Assembly: GCA_963730265.1 (NCBI GenBank)
Contig: CAVSRG010000002.1
Coordinates: 377,884 to 441,883 of the forward strand
DNA length: 64,000 nt
From: an uncultured Actinomycetota bacterium
GTDB lineage: Bacteria > Actinomycetota > Actinomycetes > Streptosporangiales > Streptosporangiaceae
Direction of reading: 5' to 3'
Shown here: piece after piece, positions 62,115 through 64,000 of the stretch
How positions within the stretch are numbered: position 1 is the stretch's first letter
How the letters are laid out: each line of letters starts with the position of its first letter
Notes under the pieces: generated by a model
Databases searched by the model: none
What the model was told of the DNA's origin: nothing
The model's input: only the letters and a program-made list of their open reading frames with translations
Position numbers and translations under genes: made by a program

Positions 62115-64000
62115 CTACGTAATACTACGGGGCAGGCCCAGCACGCGCTCGCCGATCACGTTGAGCTGGATCTCGGCGGTGCCGCCGCCGAGCAGCATGG
62201 CCGGGACGGACAGGTACTTCTGTGCGGCCGCGCCGCCCGGCCCGGCGCCGGCCGCCGCCCCGGGCCCGTGCCAGCCGAGCACGGTGCGTGAGACGTCCAG
62301 CGCGTTGGCCGCCGCGATCAGCTTCAGCACGCTGCCCTCGGCGCCCGGCTGAAGGCCGGACAGGCGGCGGATCAGGGCGCGGGCGGCGAGGGCCTCTTGC
62401 GCGCCCTGCCGGGCGACCAGCCGGGCCAGGTCGGCCAGTACCGCCGGGTCGCCGTCGGCCCCGGCCGCCCGGGCCAGGTCGGCCAGGCGGGGCGGGTGAC
62501 CGGACAGCCCGGTGCCCAGGCTGACGCGCTCGCTGCCCAGCGTCGTCCGGGCCAGCCGCCAGCCGTCGCCCGGCTGGCCGACGATCAGGTCGCCGGGCAC
62601 GAACACGTCGGTGAAGAAGACCTCGTTGAACAGGTAGCCGCCGTTCGCCTCGCGCAGCGGCCGGATCTCCAGGCCGGGCGAGCGGGTGTCGACCAGGAAG
62701 TAGCTCAGCCCCCGGTGCTTGGCCGCGACGGGGTCGGTCCGGGCCAGGCAGATGCCCCAGTCCGCCTCGCGTGCGCCGGAGGTCCACACCTTCTGCCCGT
62801 TGAGCAGCCAGCCCTCGTCGGTCCGCTCGGCGCGGGTGGCCAGCGAGGCCAGGTCGGAGCCGGCGCCCGGCTCGCTGAAGAACTGGCACCAGGTGAGGTC
62901 GCCGCGCAGGGTGGGCAGCACGAACCGGTCGCGCTGGGCGTCGGTGCCGTGGGCCAGGATGGTGGGCAGGGCCCACTCGCCGACCGTGGTCGAGATCATG
63001 TCCAGCCCAGCCCTGGCGAACTCCTGCGCGATCACGACCTGGGCCGCGGCGTCGGCGCCGCGCCCGTAGGGGCGCCGATAGTGCGGTGCCACCAGCCCGT
63101 GGCCGGCCAGGAAGGCCTGGCGCTCGCCGGGCGCCAGCGCGACGGCCTCGGCCAGCAGCGCCGCGACCTCCGCGCGCAGGCCGTCCGGCTCGCTGCTCAG
63201 CCGGACCTGCGCCCGCCGGGTCGTGGTCCGGGCCAGCTCGCCCAGCCGCTGCTCGCGGCGGCGGGCGGGCCCGAGCAGGCTGGCCAGGCTGATGGCCCGC
63301 CGCCAGTACAGGTGGACGTCGTGTTCCCAGGTGTAGCCGATGCCGCCCAGCAGCGTGATCGTCTCCAGCGCCAGGTCCACGGCGCCGGTCAGGGTCAGCA
63401 CGCTCGCGCAGGCCGCCGCCAGCGCGAACTGGTCCTCGTCCGGCCCGGCCGTCACCGCGGCGTCCCAGACGCTGGCGGTCATCAGCTCCAGATCGGCGAA
63501 CAGCCGGGCGCACTTGTGCTTGATGGCCTGAAACGAGCCGATGGTCTGGCCGAACTGCTCCCGCACCTTGGCGTAGGCCAGGCCGGTCTCCTGGCACCAC
63601 CGGGCCAGCCCGGCCGCCTCGGCCCCGAACAGCACGGCCGCGATGGCGCGCACCGTCTCCTCGTCGCCGCGCAGCACCTGCTCGTCGCCGACCGGCAGGT
63701 CGTCCAGTGCCAGCACGCCGAGGTCGCGGGTCAGGTCGACGCCGTCGCGGCGGTCCCGCCGGAGGGCGGCTAGCTGGTCCCCGGCCACGGTGAACCACAC
63801 GGTGCCGCCGGGAGCGCCGGGCCCGGTGGCGCCCAGCCCATTCGCCCCGGCCACCGCCGCGCCGAGCACCGCCACCTGGGCCGACAGTGCGCCGAGCACC
63901 GGCACGGTAGTCCCGCTGACCAGCCAGCCCGACCCGGCCGCCCCGTCTCCTTCCGCCCGCCGGGCGGCGAGGCCGTCGGCCGTAGTGGCACAGGCCCCGG
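62115..64000 (-). CDS. Acyl-CoA dehydrogenase family protein, two fused ACAD units (5' end outside window)
   Basis: ORF 62115..63905 stays open upstream to the window edge (...AARRAEGDGAAGSGWLVSGTT). The first unit has C-terminal domain text (REQFGQTIGSFQAIKHKCA, GGIGYTWEHDVHLYWRR). A complete second unit follows (WCQFFSEPGAGSDLASL, GWLLNGQKVWTSGA, GGGTAEIQLNVIGERVLGLPR). Confidence 0.85.
   Translation of the reverse strand, partial: GACATTADGLAARRAEGDGAAGSGWLVSGTTVPVLGALSAQVAVLGAAVAGANGLGATGPGAPGGTVWFTVAGDQLAALRRDRRDGVDLTRDLGVLALDDLPVGDEQVLRGDEETVRAIAAVLFGAEAAGLARWCQETGLAYAKVREQFGQTIGSFQAIKHKCARLFADLELMTASVWDAAVTAGPDEDQFALAAACASVLTLTGAVDLALETITLLGGIGYTWEHDVHLYWRRAISLASLLGPARRREQRLGELARTTTRRAQVRLSSEPDGLRAEVAALLAEAVALAPGERQAFLAGHGLVAPHYRRPYGRGADAAAQVVIAQEFARAGLDMISTTVGEWALPTILAHGTDAQRDRFVLPTLRGDLTWCQFFSEPGAGSDLASLATRAERTDEGWLLNGQKVWTSGAREADWGICLARTDPVAAKHRGLSYFLVDTRSPGLEIRPLREANGGYLFNEVFFTDVFVPGDLIVGQPGDGWRLARTTLGSERVSLGTGLSGHPPRLADLARAAGADGDPAVLADLARLVARQGAQEALAARALIRRLSGLQPGAEGSVLKLIAAANALDVSRTVLGWHGPGAAAGAGPGGAAAQKYLSVPAMLLGGGTAEIQLNVIGERVLGLPRSIT

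Overview
This is a 64-kb, very GC-rich (about 70% by eye) actinobacterial chromosome segment. The lineage call rests on an Lsr2 gene, an AfsR-type SARP regulator, DUF574 methyltransferases, a DUF222-HNH gene, an Rv1733c-like protein and ECF sigma factors. About 57 protein-coding loci can be supported. I found no rRNA, tRNA or CRISPR array.

Layout:
- Left end: secreted glycoside hydrolases (partial Fn3-GH35, GH92 with two ricin/CBM13 domains, GH12-like).
- Middle: a long run of stress, housekeeping and regulatory genes. These include a PAS-GAF-PP2C phosphatase, MarR/XRE/HxlR regulators, VOC/cupin/SDR enzymes, hemerythrin, DUF899, PhyH, an S9 peptidase, an MBL-rhodanese fusion, RNase HI, Fpg/Nei, MsrB, Bcp, Lsr2, a PBP, AzlCD and a DHA2 MFS pump. 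Secreted propeller-like proteins and a G1 glutamic peptidase also sit here.
- Right side (about 51-60 kb): a patchily AT-richer stretch with an orphan methyltransferase, small membrane or secreted proteins, an AfsR-like SARP and a divergent nitric-oxide-synthase oxygenase homologue.

Main sequence-level observations:
1. At least ten single-nucleotide frame breaks occur in nine otherwise conserved genes, about half of them at short homopolymer runs. They could be assembly indels or real pseudogenes, and I cannot tell which from sequence alone. There are also two decayed gene remnants (MFS, VapC).
2. The NOS homologue has a CGGR heme loop and lacks the pterin-binding WxW segment. It lies directly behind a SARP gene.
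3. A receiver-domain/TrxR-like flavoprotein lacks the CxxC redox pair and is divergent from bcp.
4. Five convergent gene pairs share a palindromic CTAG double stop.
5. There are several strong dyad operators or hairpins, and in-gene tandem repeats.

All functional calls come from motif recognition by eye. No database search was run.
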